This document shows positions 1-13,239 of a DNA stretch of 64,000 nucleotides, in pieces; within the stretch, counting starts at the first letter, position 1, and each line of letters starts with the position of its first letter. Source of the stretch: Octopus sinensis (taxonomy: Eukaryota); the NCBI RefSeq assembly GCF_006345805.1, contig NC_042997.1, positions 37,882,001 to 37,946,000 on the forward strand, read 5' to 3'. The translations under genes and the position numbers were made by a program. The notes below the pieces were generated by a model. It did no database searches. It was not told where the DNA came from and saw nothing but the letters and a program-made list of their open reading frames with translations.

Positions 1-229
1 ATATATATCTATTGTTTATTATTCATTATTTATTACGTGAGTATACGTTTGTATGCATGTATGTATTTATGTATATAAGGAGGCGCGTGAGTGTGTGTAT
101 GTGTATGCATTTGTATAAACATATGTATACATTTATGCATGTATGTGCTTGTGTGTATATGTATGTGTGTGTGTATATATATGTATATGTGTGTGTATAT
201 ATACACATGTATCTACCCTTTAACCCTAT

Positions 230-945
230 ACTGTAAGTATATTACTCTCTAACATTGGTACGACTCGACTACTCTGTCTCTTTTTCCCCCCTCTCCTACT
301 TTTCTCTGCCTTCACCCTTTTCACTCCCCTTGTTCTGTCTCTTTCCCTCTTTTTGTTGTCCTCCCTTGTTCCCCTTCTTTCTTTCTCTCTTCCTCCGTCC
401 CTCCTCTCCACATTTCTCTGCCTCTCAGACCTTATACCCCACTTGACCTGTCCCTTTCCCCTCCTGCTTCTCTCTTCATCTGTCCCTTCCTCCTTTTGTG
501 CTCACGTGACCAGCTAGCTACTACTGCCTTTCGCATCAAGTAGTTGGCTTGACCACACGTATGTGTTTGTGCTCCGTTTGCCTTCAGGCATTTTTACCAC
601 AGCCAGCCCTATACTCAACTCGTCCTGTCGAAAGACGCTTGTCCTGACGCCTGGTTTTGTTATGATTGTTTTTACGTTATTTTGTTATTTTATCCGTGCT
701 TTCTTTATTGTTTTTACGTATTTTTGAATTTTTTTTTCGAGTAACATCGTCCGTTTTTCCGTCACCGTGTTGTATACTTTCGAGGTTTTCTTCCAAGGAA
801 TCTAATGCGATTGGCTTAGATTTCCCTTGGTTGGCTGCCCAGATTGGAGCAATCTCAAGATTAATCAGCGAAATTGCGAAGATGATCTGGTTCTTGACTG
901 ATGACTGAGAGCTTCGAAAGTCCCGTCTGTGTGTTTTTTTTGCCG
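230..945 (+). mobile_element. 3' module of a dispersed repeat (pyrimidine tract plus conserved tail), probably a PLE 3'UTR/pLTR
   Basis: The tail TCTAATGCG..GATTTCCCTTGG..GCAATCTCAAGATTAATCAGC(C)GAAATTGC..GATGATCTGGTTCTTGACTGATGACTGAG at ~805-930 recurs at 22345-22600 and 35310-35470, and weakly at 31125-31215. The PLE assignment is inference. Confidence 0.55.
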
Positions 946-949
946 TCTT

Positions 950-1004
950 CAAAATGTTTCACGTTCTTGTCCCAGTTTGTTTTGTTAACGTTTACTATAT
1001 ATAG

Positions 1005-1064
<60 letters not shown>

Positions 1065-1461
1065 GTATATATATATGTATGTATGTGTATATGTGTGTGT
1101 ATGTGTATGTGTATATATATATATAGTGTAGATGTGTGTGTAAATGTATATATATATCTATATATCTATATATATATATATATAATATATTATGTGTGTG
1201 TGTGTGTGTGTGATGTATATGTTGTGTATATATGTGTGTGTGTATGTGTGTATATATATATATATATCTATATATATATATGTATATAGAATATATATGT
1301 ACGCTTGGTGTTTTAGGATATGTAGGTTGTAGAGTTATGTGTGTATGTATGTTATATACATATGTGTAAATAGGTATATATGGGTATGTTTATATGTATG
1401 TGTCCTTTGTATAATGGATAACTGCACGTATATATATTTATAATTTTTATTATTATTATTA

Positions 1462-1499
<38 letters not shown>

Positions 1500-2600
1500 T
1501 GAGTATGCATGTATGTGTGTATGTATATGCCTGTATGCATGTATGGTTTTATGAACATGGGGAGGCGCGTGTGTGTGTGGATGTGTGTGCATGTGTGTAG
1601 ACATATGTATACATTTATGCATGTATGTACTTGTGTGTATATGTGGATGCGCGCGTGTGTGTATGTGTGCGCATGTATATGTGTATGTGTATGTGTGTAT
1701 ATGTGTATATATTTTCATAAAGCTTCCCTTTTTATTTATATATATATATATGTGTATATGTATATGCATGTGTGTGTGTATATATGTGTGAGTGTGTATG
1801 TGTATGTATATGTGTATGAGTATATATGTATATATATATGTGTATATGTGTATGTATATGTATGTATGTGTATGTGTGTGTGTATGTATGTGTGTATATA
1901 TATTGGTTGGTGTATGTGTATGGACTGGTCTTCTGTGAGTGTGTTGAGGCGTGTATGTGAATATACGTGAATGTGTGTAGATGTATGCGTGTATGAATAT
2001 AACACGTGGACTGGTCTTCTGTGGGTGTGTTGGGGTGTGTGTGTGTGTGTGCGTGTATGTGGGTGTACGTGAGTGTATGTGGATGTGTGCGTGTATGGAT
2101 GTGGCACGTACGTGTGTGTGCGTGTGGGTGTGTGGGCGTGGGTGGGTGCTTGCGTTCGTGTAGGTAAGTAGACGGATGGACGGAGTCTTTAGATTGTCCC
2201 TTGAGACCGATTGACCGGTCAAGATGGAAGTAAAAATAGAGATATAGACAGGGGTAGTAATAATAAAATTAAAATGGGAGAGTAAGGGTGTGTGTGTGTG
2301 TGTGTGCATGTATGTGCATTTGTATATGTTTGTGCGAGTGGGTATACATATGTGTGTATGTGTATGTATATGTGTGTCTGTGTGTGCGTGCATGTGTGTG
2401 TGTATATATATGTGTATATGTATGTATATATATATGTGTGTATATGTATGTGTGTGTATGTATGTATATATGTGTGTATATGTATGTGTATGTATATATA
2501 TATGTATGTATGTGTGGGTATGTATGTATATGTATAGATATATGTGAATATGCGGGTGTATATATGTGTATATATATATATGTGGATGTACAAGTGGGAG
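950..2600. repeat. Compound (TA)n/(TG)n/(AAT)n microsatellite field
   Basis: Directly visible; it produces the YIYI/VCVC/HTHT pseudo-ORFs. Confidence 0.95.
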
Positions 2601-2812
2601 TCTCCCTGCTTGCCTAAAACCCTATTTTTCTATTTATATTTTTTTATTTTTTATTCTTTTATTTATTCTTTTATCTACTTTACCACCGATTCCTTTGACC
2701 ACTCCCCTTATAATGACAGTTTTTGCGCCATGCCTACCCCCAAAAAAGTCACCCACCACCACCCATTTAAACCTGCCTAAATGTATAAATGCCAAAACAA
2801 CTCTTGTCTACT

Positions 2813-2863
2813 AGCTTCCTGATGATTTCTTTTGAATGAAACAGTTCTAGTCCTGTAGAAGCT
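2813..2863 (+). ncRNA. Type I hammerhead ribozyme
   Basis: agcttc-CTGATGA-tttc(tttt)gaat-GAAA-cag(ttctagtc)ctg-TA-gaagct. Stem I is 6 bp, stem III is 3 bp plus the A15.1-U16.1 pair, and the triplet is GUA. The 10.1/11.1 position is U.U. Confidence 0.7.
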
Positions 2864-3266
2864 CCTTCTATAAAATAAATAAAATATATATATATATTTC
2901 TGTGAGAGTTAGAGTTTGGGAAACCAATACACTGTATTGTTAACTGTTTATTATATGTATTAGCCCTCATAACCACTTAGGCCTTCTGAAGAAGCCTAGG
3001 GGCACAGTCATCATCCACACTTTATCTGCCCATCCCTACAGAACGCTGAAGAGATGGAGATAGCATGGAGGATTGCGTTGCCTCTTGGCAGAAATGGCCG
3101 TAACGAACTGAGTTTTAGCTCTTTTCTGTAATATTAATACATGTATGTGTAACACATAGTTGCTACATGTGTATGTCTTCTTCTAATAATTTTTAAGGCT
3201 GTAGAATAAATAGACACACCGGATGATGTATGTCGTTTTGTAGCCTCTCCATTTTCTTATTTGTCG

Positions 3267-3330
<64 letters not shown>

Positions 3331-3651
3331 TGTGTGTGTGTGTGTGTGTGTTATACATATATGTATGTATGTATGTATCTATATACACATACATAAGGAT
3401 AAGCATATTAAAAGGAGTCCGTGGGAAAACTCATTTAAATAAAAGGGTTGGAAACCATTGTTGGGAACCACTGCGAAAAGGTTGGAAACCCCCGAACCAG
3501 TACATTGCAGTTTTTTTCAGTTCGTTTGCATCATTTCTGCGTTTAATATTAGGTCGAGTTTGTCTTTCATCCTTTTGAGGTCAATAAAATATGTACCAGT
3601 TCAAAATTGCTGGCCTTATACCAAAATTTGAAGTCAATATTAAGTAGCATG

Positions 3652-4060
3652 TAAGGCGGTGAGCTGGCAGAAACGTTAGCATTCCGGATGAAATGCTTAG
3701 CGGTATTTCGTCTGCCGTTAAGTTCTGAGTTCAAATTCCGCCGAGGTCGACTTTGCCTTTCACCCTTTCGGGGTCGATTAAATAAGTACCAGTTACGCAC
3801 TGGTGTCGATGTAATCGACTTAATCGTTTGTCTGTCCTTGTTTGTCCTCTCTGTGTTTATCCCCTTGTGGGTAGTAAAGAAATAGGTATTTTGTCTGCCT
3901 CTACGTTCTGAATTCAAATTCTACTGAGGTCGACTTTACCTTCCATCCTCTTGGGATCGATGAAATAAGTACCAGTTGATCATTGGGGTCGATGTAATGG
4001 ATTTATACCTTCTCCTGAAGTTGCTGGACTTGTACCAAAATTTGAAATGAATATTTATTA
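3652..4060 (+). mobile_element. tRNA-derived SINE family B (GGCGGTGAGCTGGCAGAAACGTTAGC head): full copy plus a second partial copy
   Basis: A/B-box-like head (GAGTTCAAATTCC) and a central GCCTTTCA(T)CCTTTCGGGGTCGAT..TAAGTACCAG domain. Homologous to 38361-38591(-), 21360-21480(-) and 52640-52765(-). Confidence 0.8.
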
Positions 4061-5654
4061 GTATGATTTTTTTATAATTTACAAGAATTACTTTCCATTT
4101 TCATTAGAATGTTAAGCTGACTGGAATGTCATTTGAAACATTTAGGTTACACCCAATGTATTTGCTACTTTTAGAGCATATTCTAATTAACATAAAACAT
4201 ATCAGGTCACCAGCAGCTTACTATATCCTATGAAGAGTTGATGTTATTGTATGCTATGATGTTGTCTGTTATACTTGGCTGTCATTGTCTGTCGTTGTTT
4301 GTCATATTTGACTGTGAATACAATACTCAAATGCCGAAGCTGTTTGAAGTTTTAAACTTACTTTTGTGAACTCATGTAACTGGTGTAAATACAAAAACTG
4401 GCAACGGAGATTTAAAGTTCTAATCATCAGCAAAGAAAACTAATATAAAGTATCTAATAATCATGTAAATCTTGACAGATCTTAAGAAAGTTAGACATAT
4501 TTATTACGATTTAACTCAAAACTGCTTATACAAGACACTAAACATAAAGTGGTTAAGCGAAATTTTCTTGCATTATTTGGCATGAATGCGATCATTAAAT
4601 AGCAAGATGGCTTATATGCTACAAGAATTTAAGATTATTCATTTGAAGATTGAAGATTTAAAATGTGCAGCCAAAATAAATTTCATTAAACGTAAAGGAA
4701 GACCTATTTACACTGGTTAAAATGTTTGACTCTTAATCAAAAGCAAGGAAATCGACGAATGAAATGCTGCTAAATGATACTACATGTAAAAATGCGCATT
4801 CAAAGATAACACAGAAACGTTGTTTGTTTCGTTTTATTTTTCACAAACTGAAACTACTTTTGCTCAAAGATAAAGATTCTTAATTAGCTAAGAAATTCGG
4901 CTTAAGTGTCGATTTCAAATTTAGTTAGCTCTGTGTTAATGATACAGTTCTGGTGAGCAGTTACTAACACGTAAGCATTGTATATTATGAGCCAGGAGTC
5001 TTGTGATAGGATGTCCACTTAATTACAAGTAGAAGATTAACAACATATGAAGAACAAATCATGGAACAATTCTCCTTCTGCCTGACAAATATTGTGATAA
5101 TTGTGCTATTCAGAAAGATCAACACACCAAATCTATTGTATTCATCTAGATCTGTCGGATGCTAAATAGTGTAATAATGAAGAAAAAATGTGCAACTTAT
5201 GGAAATTGTATCTGGTTAAGACTAAATTACACGCACACCTACTTGAAATTCTATGGTTTAGTGACACAACAAATTCCATAATTCTTCCTTGTTAAACATT
5301 TATCAATAAGCATCCTGTCTACTAAATGAAATTTAATATCTCAGAATTTTCAAAATTACACTAGTTGAGATCTGTAAGCAATTTTCTCAGTGGATTGAAG
5401 GCAGGCTTCTCATTGTATGAATACAAAATGATTAATTTCATTCGTAGAACATTATCAGTATTCTTTCTATTTTCATAATTTTATTTACAAATGCAGTACA
5501 TTCTAACACACATGTTGAGGATCTAATGGTTACTAATTCACAGAAACCTTCAAATATCATCTTAATGCATATTCAGTTAAGGATCGCATTAAGATAGAAA
5601 TTATCTATCTATAATAATTCTTTGAAAAAAATTAACCAAAAAGCTGAAACAAAC

Positions 5655-6075
5655 AGGCGCAGGAGTGGCTGTGTGGTAAGCAGCTTGCTAACCAACCACA
5701 AGGTTCCGGGTTCAGTCCCACTGCGTGGCATCTTGGGCAAGTGTCTTCTGCTATAGCCCCGGGCCGACCAATGCCTTGTGAGTGGATTTGGTAGACGGAA
5801 ACTGAAAGAAGCCTGTCGTATATATGTATATATATATAAGTGTGTGTGTATGTGTTTGTGCGTCTGTGTTTGTCCCCCTAGCATTGCTTGACAACCGATG
5901 CTGGTGTGTTTACGTACCCGTCACTTAGCGGTTCGGCAAAAGAGACCGATAGAATAAGTACTGGGCTTACAAAGAATAAGTCCCGGGGTCGATTTGCTCG
6001 ACTAAAGGCGGTGCTCCAGCATGGCCGCAGTCAAATGACTGAAACAAGTAAAAGAGTAAAAGAGTAAAAGAGTAA
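5655..6075 (+). mobile_element. tRNA-derived SINE family A, full length
   Basis: Head GGCGCAGGAGTGGCTGTGTGGTAAG..GGTTCAGTCCC, a CORE-like TTGGGCAAGTGTCTTCT segment, an internal (TA)/(TG) microsatellite and a 3' tail GGCGGTGCTCCAGCATGGCCGCAGTCAAATGACTGAAACAAGT(AAAAGAGT)n. At least 8 related copies occur in the window. Confidence 0.9.
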
Positions 6076-7429
6076 ACAAAAGCATGATAACATCCTCCAT
6101 GAAAAAAGGTACTTATTCTCGGATATTTAATTTCAATACCTCTAATTCATGTTGTACACAAGAATTTGCATACTGATACATTACTCAAATTGCAACAGTT
6201 GAAAAGCTTATGTATGTATAGGGCATCCGTACAAAATTTGAGGAAAGCGTGATTCAACGTTGTGAAACAAAATCTCTGTATCTTCCTGTAAAATCTTGGA
6301 AAATGTAAGGAAGTTTCTCTGTTGCATCGTCTCCATATTTGACGTTCTGACGACAGCAGAGAGCCATACGAATAATAAATGGATATGCCAGTTCGATTGG
6401 AAAGATTAATGGCTGCTTGCTATAATTTTTGTTTTCTGTTTTTCAGCCATCAATGTATTTGATAGAAGCAAGTGACCGTCAGTAGTGAAATTTCCTGCAA
6501 TACAGTGTAGCGCACCAGTAATCACTTTTCACGGAGTTCTTGAGTTATCTTTTATAAATTTTTGCAGACACACTATCTGGGTTATATTTAGATGTGAAAA
6601 GACTCGGTGTCGCTTGAAAAACATAATTTAAATATGCTTTCCAAGTATGGCTAATTGTGTTAATTCCACAACTGCGCCGAGCACCGAGCATGTTCTCCAT
6701 CTTCATCCTACGTAGAGGTGCCACGAAATTTTGTAAACTCCCTTGCTAATATCAATTATCCACAATATTCTATACTGCTTCCGCTACTGGACCCTAACGA
6801 ATAGTAGAGTACCATTTCATTCCCGATTTACAATCGCAAAAGACGCTTCGATATAATTATTATCTTTTGTACTTGGAGAAATATAATATTTAAAAGCATG
6901 CGGGCAACATCTGACTGCTGTGTCTGTCTACAGCATCCATGATATCTTTCCATATCTTTATAGAGGAAATATTTTTTCAGTTGTTTTACAGGCGAGATCT
7001 TGATCGGGGTCAAAAAATGTAACATTTAGCTCAATCTCATATTGTGATTTTGAATAACCTTCGTGTTTTATGATAGCTAGTTTATAGAAGCCATCTGATG
7101 TTATGAAATTACTGTTGCAGACTTTTGTAATTATTGTAAACAGAGGAAAATTAGTGATGTTTTCTGACATTTACTAACACTTAAAAGAAAATGTAATTAA
7201 TGCACATTTTCTTTTATCAAATGATGTCAAATAAATTATTTTATTCGATCGTTGCACTTGATAGCAATATTCGTACTAAATACTCATTACCATTTTCCAA
7301 ATAATCATTCTTGTTATTATTTTACTACAACAAACACCGCGACCGATATTATTACTACCACTATTAATATTAAGAGCAACAACCACAGCCATAACAATAA
7401 CAACAACACAATAATGATAATAACAATAA

Positions 7430-7483
7430 CAATAATAATAATACTAATAATAATACTACTGCTACTACTACTACTACTACTAC

Positions 7484-7520
<37 letters not shown>

Positions 7521-7525
7521 TCTAA
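7430..7525. repeat. (AAT)n/(ACT)n trinucleotide repeat
   Basis: Directly visible. Confidence 0.95.
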
Positions 7526-9159
7526 TGTAATTGACTTTACTTTATTATTATTTATTGATTGAAGTGTTGCTAATTATTTGAAGTTTATTCACTAATCAAT
7601 CGGTAAATAACAACATTCCCCAAACTCTGAAGATGAAATTGCCCAAAGTTAATAAACCATGAAAAGTAGACGATGAGAATAATTAATGTAATTCTATACG
7701 GTTCACTTAATGAGAATTTGATTTTTTATTGTCTTTATGTGATTAGTAAAATTTAGCGAAGCCTTATTATACCTATTAAATTAAGAGAGAAACGTAATTA
7801 TCCTAATACTCGCAATTCTAAATTGCATTTCAATTTAATTTACATTGGAATAATTTCTCACGTACGTGTATGTCTATTCTAATTACTTTCATATTGTTTT
7901 CCTATTTCAGTTTTCATAGCAGTCCATGAGAACTTTAAAAAGGAAATGACGGTGATAAATTTCGATTGCAATCGAGAATATGAATCTGTATCCTGATAGA
8001 GAGATTGAAAGAATAGTCAAATCGGGAATGAATTCAGAATAAAGGTCGAGAAAAACGCAACTAAATTACAACGTATTTATTTTGCTGATCGACTGCCTCA
8101 AAACGAAAACGATATGAGATTATAAACAAACTATTAATCTATATATTAATCTATCATTGTATCAAATTTGAAAATTCTGAATATTTAAATGGAACAATCC
8201 ACGAATACTGAGCAGTGTTGTGGCGTGACTCATATTTCTGAAATATTATTATTTGCGTCTTTCTTTGATTTATATGATTTTATTTTCAAATAGAATTCTT
8301 TGTCTACTTCAGTTCAAATCAATAATTTTAGAATGCTATGACATTTTATTTACGTTTTCGGTGTGAAATTGTCTGTCGTGATTCTGTTGCAGGGTCACTG
8401 ATGTAATTCTACCCCACGCACTTCAAACATAGTTAATGACAAGCTCTTTTAAACCTGAATGCTTTCTCTCGCGCTTTCTTTCTTGCTTTACTTACTTGCA
8501 CGTGAATATTTTATTCACTTTTATAATCAAGAAGTGACTAATGACAACTCATACTAGAAGATTCTAGACATTATTTCTTGTCTTATTACAATAATATATA
8601 TTTCATTATCTCCATAGCGAATTGATTTATCTTGCATTTTCCGCTTTCATTCTTGTCATTCTTGTCGTATCGCCTTTATATGCCATGGTAGTTAACTTTG
8701 AATTTATGCAGACCATGTATGTAATACATAAATATGAAGTACTTTCACACATTTTTATGGAAACGTCTATATAAATTACTTCCTTGGTATTCAAAATAAA
8801 CTGGATATATCGACAAACATATAAAATTGGTATATGATGTTCAATAAATAGAAAATTGTGCTTTTGCTCTCAGTTGCTATTGGCAGAAGGAGGCTAAAGC
8901 CAGATTAGAGGATGCAGTCTATGGCAGTCCGATAAGTTAAAAGTACACGGGGGAAAGCGATTGAAGTAGTAGAAGCTCGCGTATATATACAGAATTACAT
9001 ACGAGTACAATCACGTAGAAGTGATATAATAGGTTAATTAAGGACCTAACAAAACACAACACTGTTTGTGTCCGGAAGACTACTTTTAAACCATTTGGAT
9101 ATTAAAAATAAAGGATATAATGTCCTGAGAAATTCATCATGAATAAAGGAAAGAAAATA

Positions 9160-9328
9160 GGTGCAGGAGTGGCTGTGTGGTAAGTAGCTTGCTAACCAAC
9201 CACATGGTTCCGGGTTCAGTCCCACTGCGTGGTATCTTGGGCAAGTGTCTTCTGCTATAGCCCCGGGCCAACCAATGCCTTGTGAGTGGATTTGGTAGAC
9301 GGAAACTGAAAGAAGCCTGTCATATATA
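9160..9328 (+). mobile_element. SINE family A, 5' half
   Basis: Near-identical to 5655-5820. Confidence 0.9.
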
Positions 9329-9789
9329 TTTTTCGTTAGAATATTTTTGAAAGTTCAAATACTTTCTTGCAATATTCATAAAATACACATAACAGTTGTT
9401 ATTAATCTCTTTCGGATGACAGCAAGGTCATATTAGATGTAGTAACAGTTTTAGCACTGGCAGTTGCCTATTGTTCATTGCTGTAAATGTTGATCTTAGT
9501 GAGTGGTTCGCAATTGTGGTAGAAATCATATACAGTGACAGTAGTAATAGAAGAAAGTACTATGTTAGAGATCATAATTGTACTAGTAGCTGTATCAGCC
9601 TTATGAGTAGAATCAGTAGTAGCTGCAGTAGCGGCTTAGCCAGAAGTTGTATTATTAGTGGCGGAAATGCTAGCAGCCGAAGATGTTGTCGAAGTATTTG
9701 TTCCTCTCCTTCAGTAGCATTATATGTAGTCTTAAGCACAATAATATTTTCTGTCCAACAGTCGTTAAGAATTGGTCGTATTTCATTAT

Positions 9790-10575
9790 AAAGATTGTTT
9801 CATTGTTCATACATTGCTGTTCCTACATCTAATTACAATTGCGATGATGGCATAGAATTCTCCAGAAAATTGTGACGCGCATAAGAGTTTTACGGCAAGA
9901 ATAATTGATTAATCGATAGTTAAAATCAACAGCGACTATACTCCACACAAAACAAGAATTGGGAACAAAGGCCTTGAAGATTCTGTAAATAGATATGACA
10001 CATGCAAAGTAATAATTTTTTAAAAAGCAGCAATTAGGCTTCAGCAAGAATGAATTGGACAAGATATGCAAGTTTATAAAATGATAAAGAATTAAAAATT
10101 AACGAGGGCGATAACACACTTTAATAGTCTTGACGGATACAGAATAGAAGAAATGTCACGTGACTTCTACACTCCTCAAGAAGTAATGAGAAAACGTAGA
10201 ATATAATATAACTTAAACCGAAAACGTCTCGGCTTTAAAAAGAACTACTCTAGATTCAACTATAAATCTATATAGATCATTTTATTTCGCAGAGTTTGAG
10301 AAAGTAAATAAGTCATGCGAAAGAACCACACACATATTCATGAATATTCTTTCAAATGAGCTGAAATAATGACCAATAATACATGGTCATGACATTTTGT
10401 TTACTGTATGAAGTCACCGACTAAATAACGTTTTAGGCATCCTGCTCAAGTCATTTCTGAAACAACTTAGAGGTTTTATAAGAGAGGACCTAAATATGCT
10501 AAATCATGTTCAACAAAAAGGTAATGAAACAACTTGGTAGCTTTCGATTTAGTAAATCTTTATACAAAATTACAT
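9790..10575 (+). mobile_element. Decayed PLE N-terminus/RT fragment (Neptune-like)
   Basis: Manual translation with stops and frameshifts gives DGIEFSRKL, INSDYTPHK and FIREDLNMLNHV...LVAFDLVNLYTKL, resembling PLE RT motif A region. Confidence 0.55.
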
Positions 10576-11604
10576 GCATTTTAAACCGTAAAATACATAG
10601 ATACCGGTACTAAAATCAACATACACACATACATTCAAATGCCATAAAAATAAATAAATAATTGTCTCAAAGAATAAACCGATATACGGAATATAAACAT
10701 CCACATTGATCCATAGACGCAAGACCACATAACATAACGACACCCTGAAAAGCAATACAACACATCATTGCGCAGACATACGCAAACGCAGCACACGTAG
10801 AAGCAATCTCACAAAATGTCATTATCACCATATCATCATCATTGTCATCAACATCGTAATTATCATCTTTAACAACAAAGTATAAACCACGCATTCATAT
10901 ACACACACGAATAGTACTAAGGGTGGTATGAATGTGGCGCAGGAGTGGCTGTGTTCATCATTAAATGTTATCATCCATCTTAAATAATATTAATTTAAAG
11001 ATATTTTAACCTCAAATAACCCCTGTCCATTTTTATTGTGTAATAAAATTTGTATATGTTAAGAATTTATGGTGAAGTAGGAAATATATTTTATTTAAAA
11101 TTTCTACATAATATTACGAAAAAATAAATAAGTATATATTTTATTCAGACACTAAATTCATTAAAAAACTTTTAATCAACGATTCATTAATTCCCTAGTT
11201 TCTGTTAAATACGCCAAAGTTAAACAAATGTATAAAGTTACGATTATTATAAACTATAATATTTTTCCTAAAATGAATCAAATATATAAATTGAGTATGA
11301 GAATTTTATTTAGTTTTACAGAAGTAATTAAATTAGAGTTAGCCAATAGTTTTATTATCTAATCATTTTTTATGTACATACAATTTCGAAAGAACATAAT
11401 ATGATGATAGATACTAAATATTATAGGGTTTACAAGAAATATTGATATGTCCACAATTATTCAAAAATATATATAATTTTATTTAAGAATTATTGTAATC
11501 TATTTATGCGTACTAATATAAACATTATGCTTAATAAATAACAAATAACATACATAAACTCAGTTTATCAGAGGAAAACATCACTGTAAATCAATGGTTA
11601 TATA

Positions 11605-11686
<82 letters not shown>

Positions 11687-11779
11687 CATATATTCATTGC
11701 TTTCGGAAATATAACCGGAAATACGTATCTCCAATAGAAATGATTTTTATTACGATAGGGTGTATTTAAAAATTATTTA

Positions 11780-12010
11780 TGTATTATTCTTATTCAATTA
11801 AATGTATATACTTTTAATCATTATATATAAAGATGATGGCATAATTAAAACTTATATCTTAAATTTTACTACGTATATAGTGATATGGTTTACACTTAAG
11901 TCAAATATACTATGGTATTTAAAACTAAATTTATTAATTAATCTACTGAAATATTATAAATATCCTCATCAATATACTAATTTAAAGCTACAAACCATTC
12001 AGTATAAATA
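11780..12010 (+). mobile_element. Highly decayed PLE RT fragment
   Basis: IYKDDGII resembles the PLE YRDDGL motif C; AT-rich and degenerate. Confidence 0.35.
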
Positions 12011-12240
12011 AAAAAGTTACAAGTTATAAAGTTCGTGAAAAAATCACAAGGAAACAAAAAATGTTCACGTCATTTTCTATAAATTCCAAATTTTACCACA
12101 AACTAATGCACCAACGAATTTTTTTTATCTAAAACATAGTATCACTATTTATTCCTCATTCATTAACATATTTATCCATTTATTTATTTAACATGTATAC
12201 AAATTCAAATATATATATAAGCATAAATACATGTGCACGT

Positions 12241-12284
<44 letters not shown>

Positions 12285-12469
12285 ATATACATACATATAC
12301 ATATATATATACACATATATATATAGCCAGGTGCCACTCACATGTACATATGCAACGTATACACATATACACATAGACATACACATAAATCATATATATA
12401 TATACCTACATAAATATACATATATGCATGCATATACACACACATATATAGATATACGCACACACATCT

Positions 12470-13220
12470 ATAACTTAGAATAACTTAGAAAGGTTTTGGC
12501 CAGTATTGGCCCAGGCCATGTCTAACTTAATAGTACCACCTGGCGAAGACTTTCAATTCAGGATTTGGGCACCAAGGCCCATACGAGCAGAGAGTTATTG
12601 TTTGCGGAGCCATATCTGGGTGTGGGTGGTTTGTCCGGGACTGTTTGAAGGAATTTGTCCAAAGACTTCTTGAATTTTGTGTGGTCAGTTTCTGTTTTGA
12701 CGTGTCCTGGTGTAATGTTGAAGAAAGCGGGTCCATCTGAGGTGAAATAATTGTGCCGTATTGTTGTTATGAGATGCGATTTAGATTTTTGTTGTGGACG
12801 GATGGCAAGTGGTCCAAGCCTTGGATGTATTTTGAAGGTGATGCCAACATCATTTGGACAGTGCTGCTGGAATATTTTTCACATCATACACATAATGTAG
12901 CGTTCACGACGTCGTTGGAGTGAATACATTTTCAGCTTTTCTAGTCGACCCCAGTAGTCGAGGTCTGGCATACCATCTATCTTTTTTGTGATTGACCTTT
13001 GGGGAGCTTCAATTCTCATAATATTTTGTTTCGTGAAGGGAGACCACAGGAGACAGCAGTATTCAAGGTGACACTGGTTGTCGCTTGAGTTGCAAGAAAC
13101 TAGAGCAACATTTTGTGTTATGTACACAGGGCATTCATTAGAATGGCGTGTTCGTGAACTTATAATCGTGATGAAAGTAGTTGAGATGTACCAGATGTTC
13201 GGGCAACAGAACCACATACA
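12470..13220 (-). mobile_element. CR1/L2-type LINE 3' end (RT C-terminus plus tail)
   Basis: HLEYCCLLWSPFTKQNIMRIEAPQRSITKKIDGMPDLDYWGRLEKLKMYSLQRRRERY is the typical CR1/L2 post-RT motif. It ends in a (TCTAAGTTA)-type tail shared with 29690-30165. Confidence 0.85.
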
Positions 13221-13239
13221 TGTAACCATTCCAAAAATC

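Noticed and set aside
12-2617. Long ORFs such as 1335-2393 (352 aa HT-rich) and the many YIYI/VCVC ORFs throughout
   Set aside because: They are translations of (CA)n/(TG)n/(TA)n microsatellites, with no domain content.
5655-5740. tRNA-like heads with A/B boxes (also at 28274 and 63076)
   Set aside because: They continue into SINE bodies and do not give a full cloverleaf that I could fold; they are not tRNA genes.
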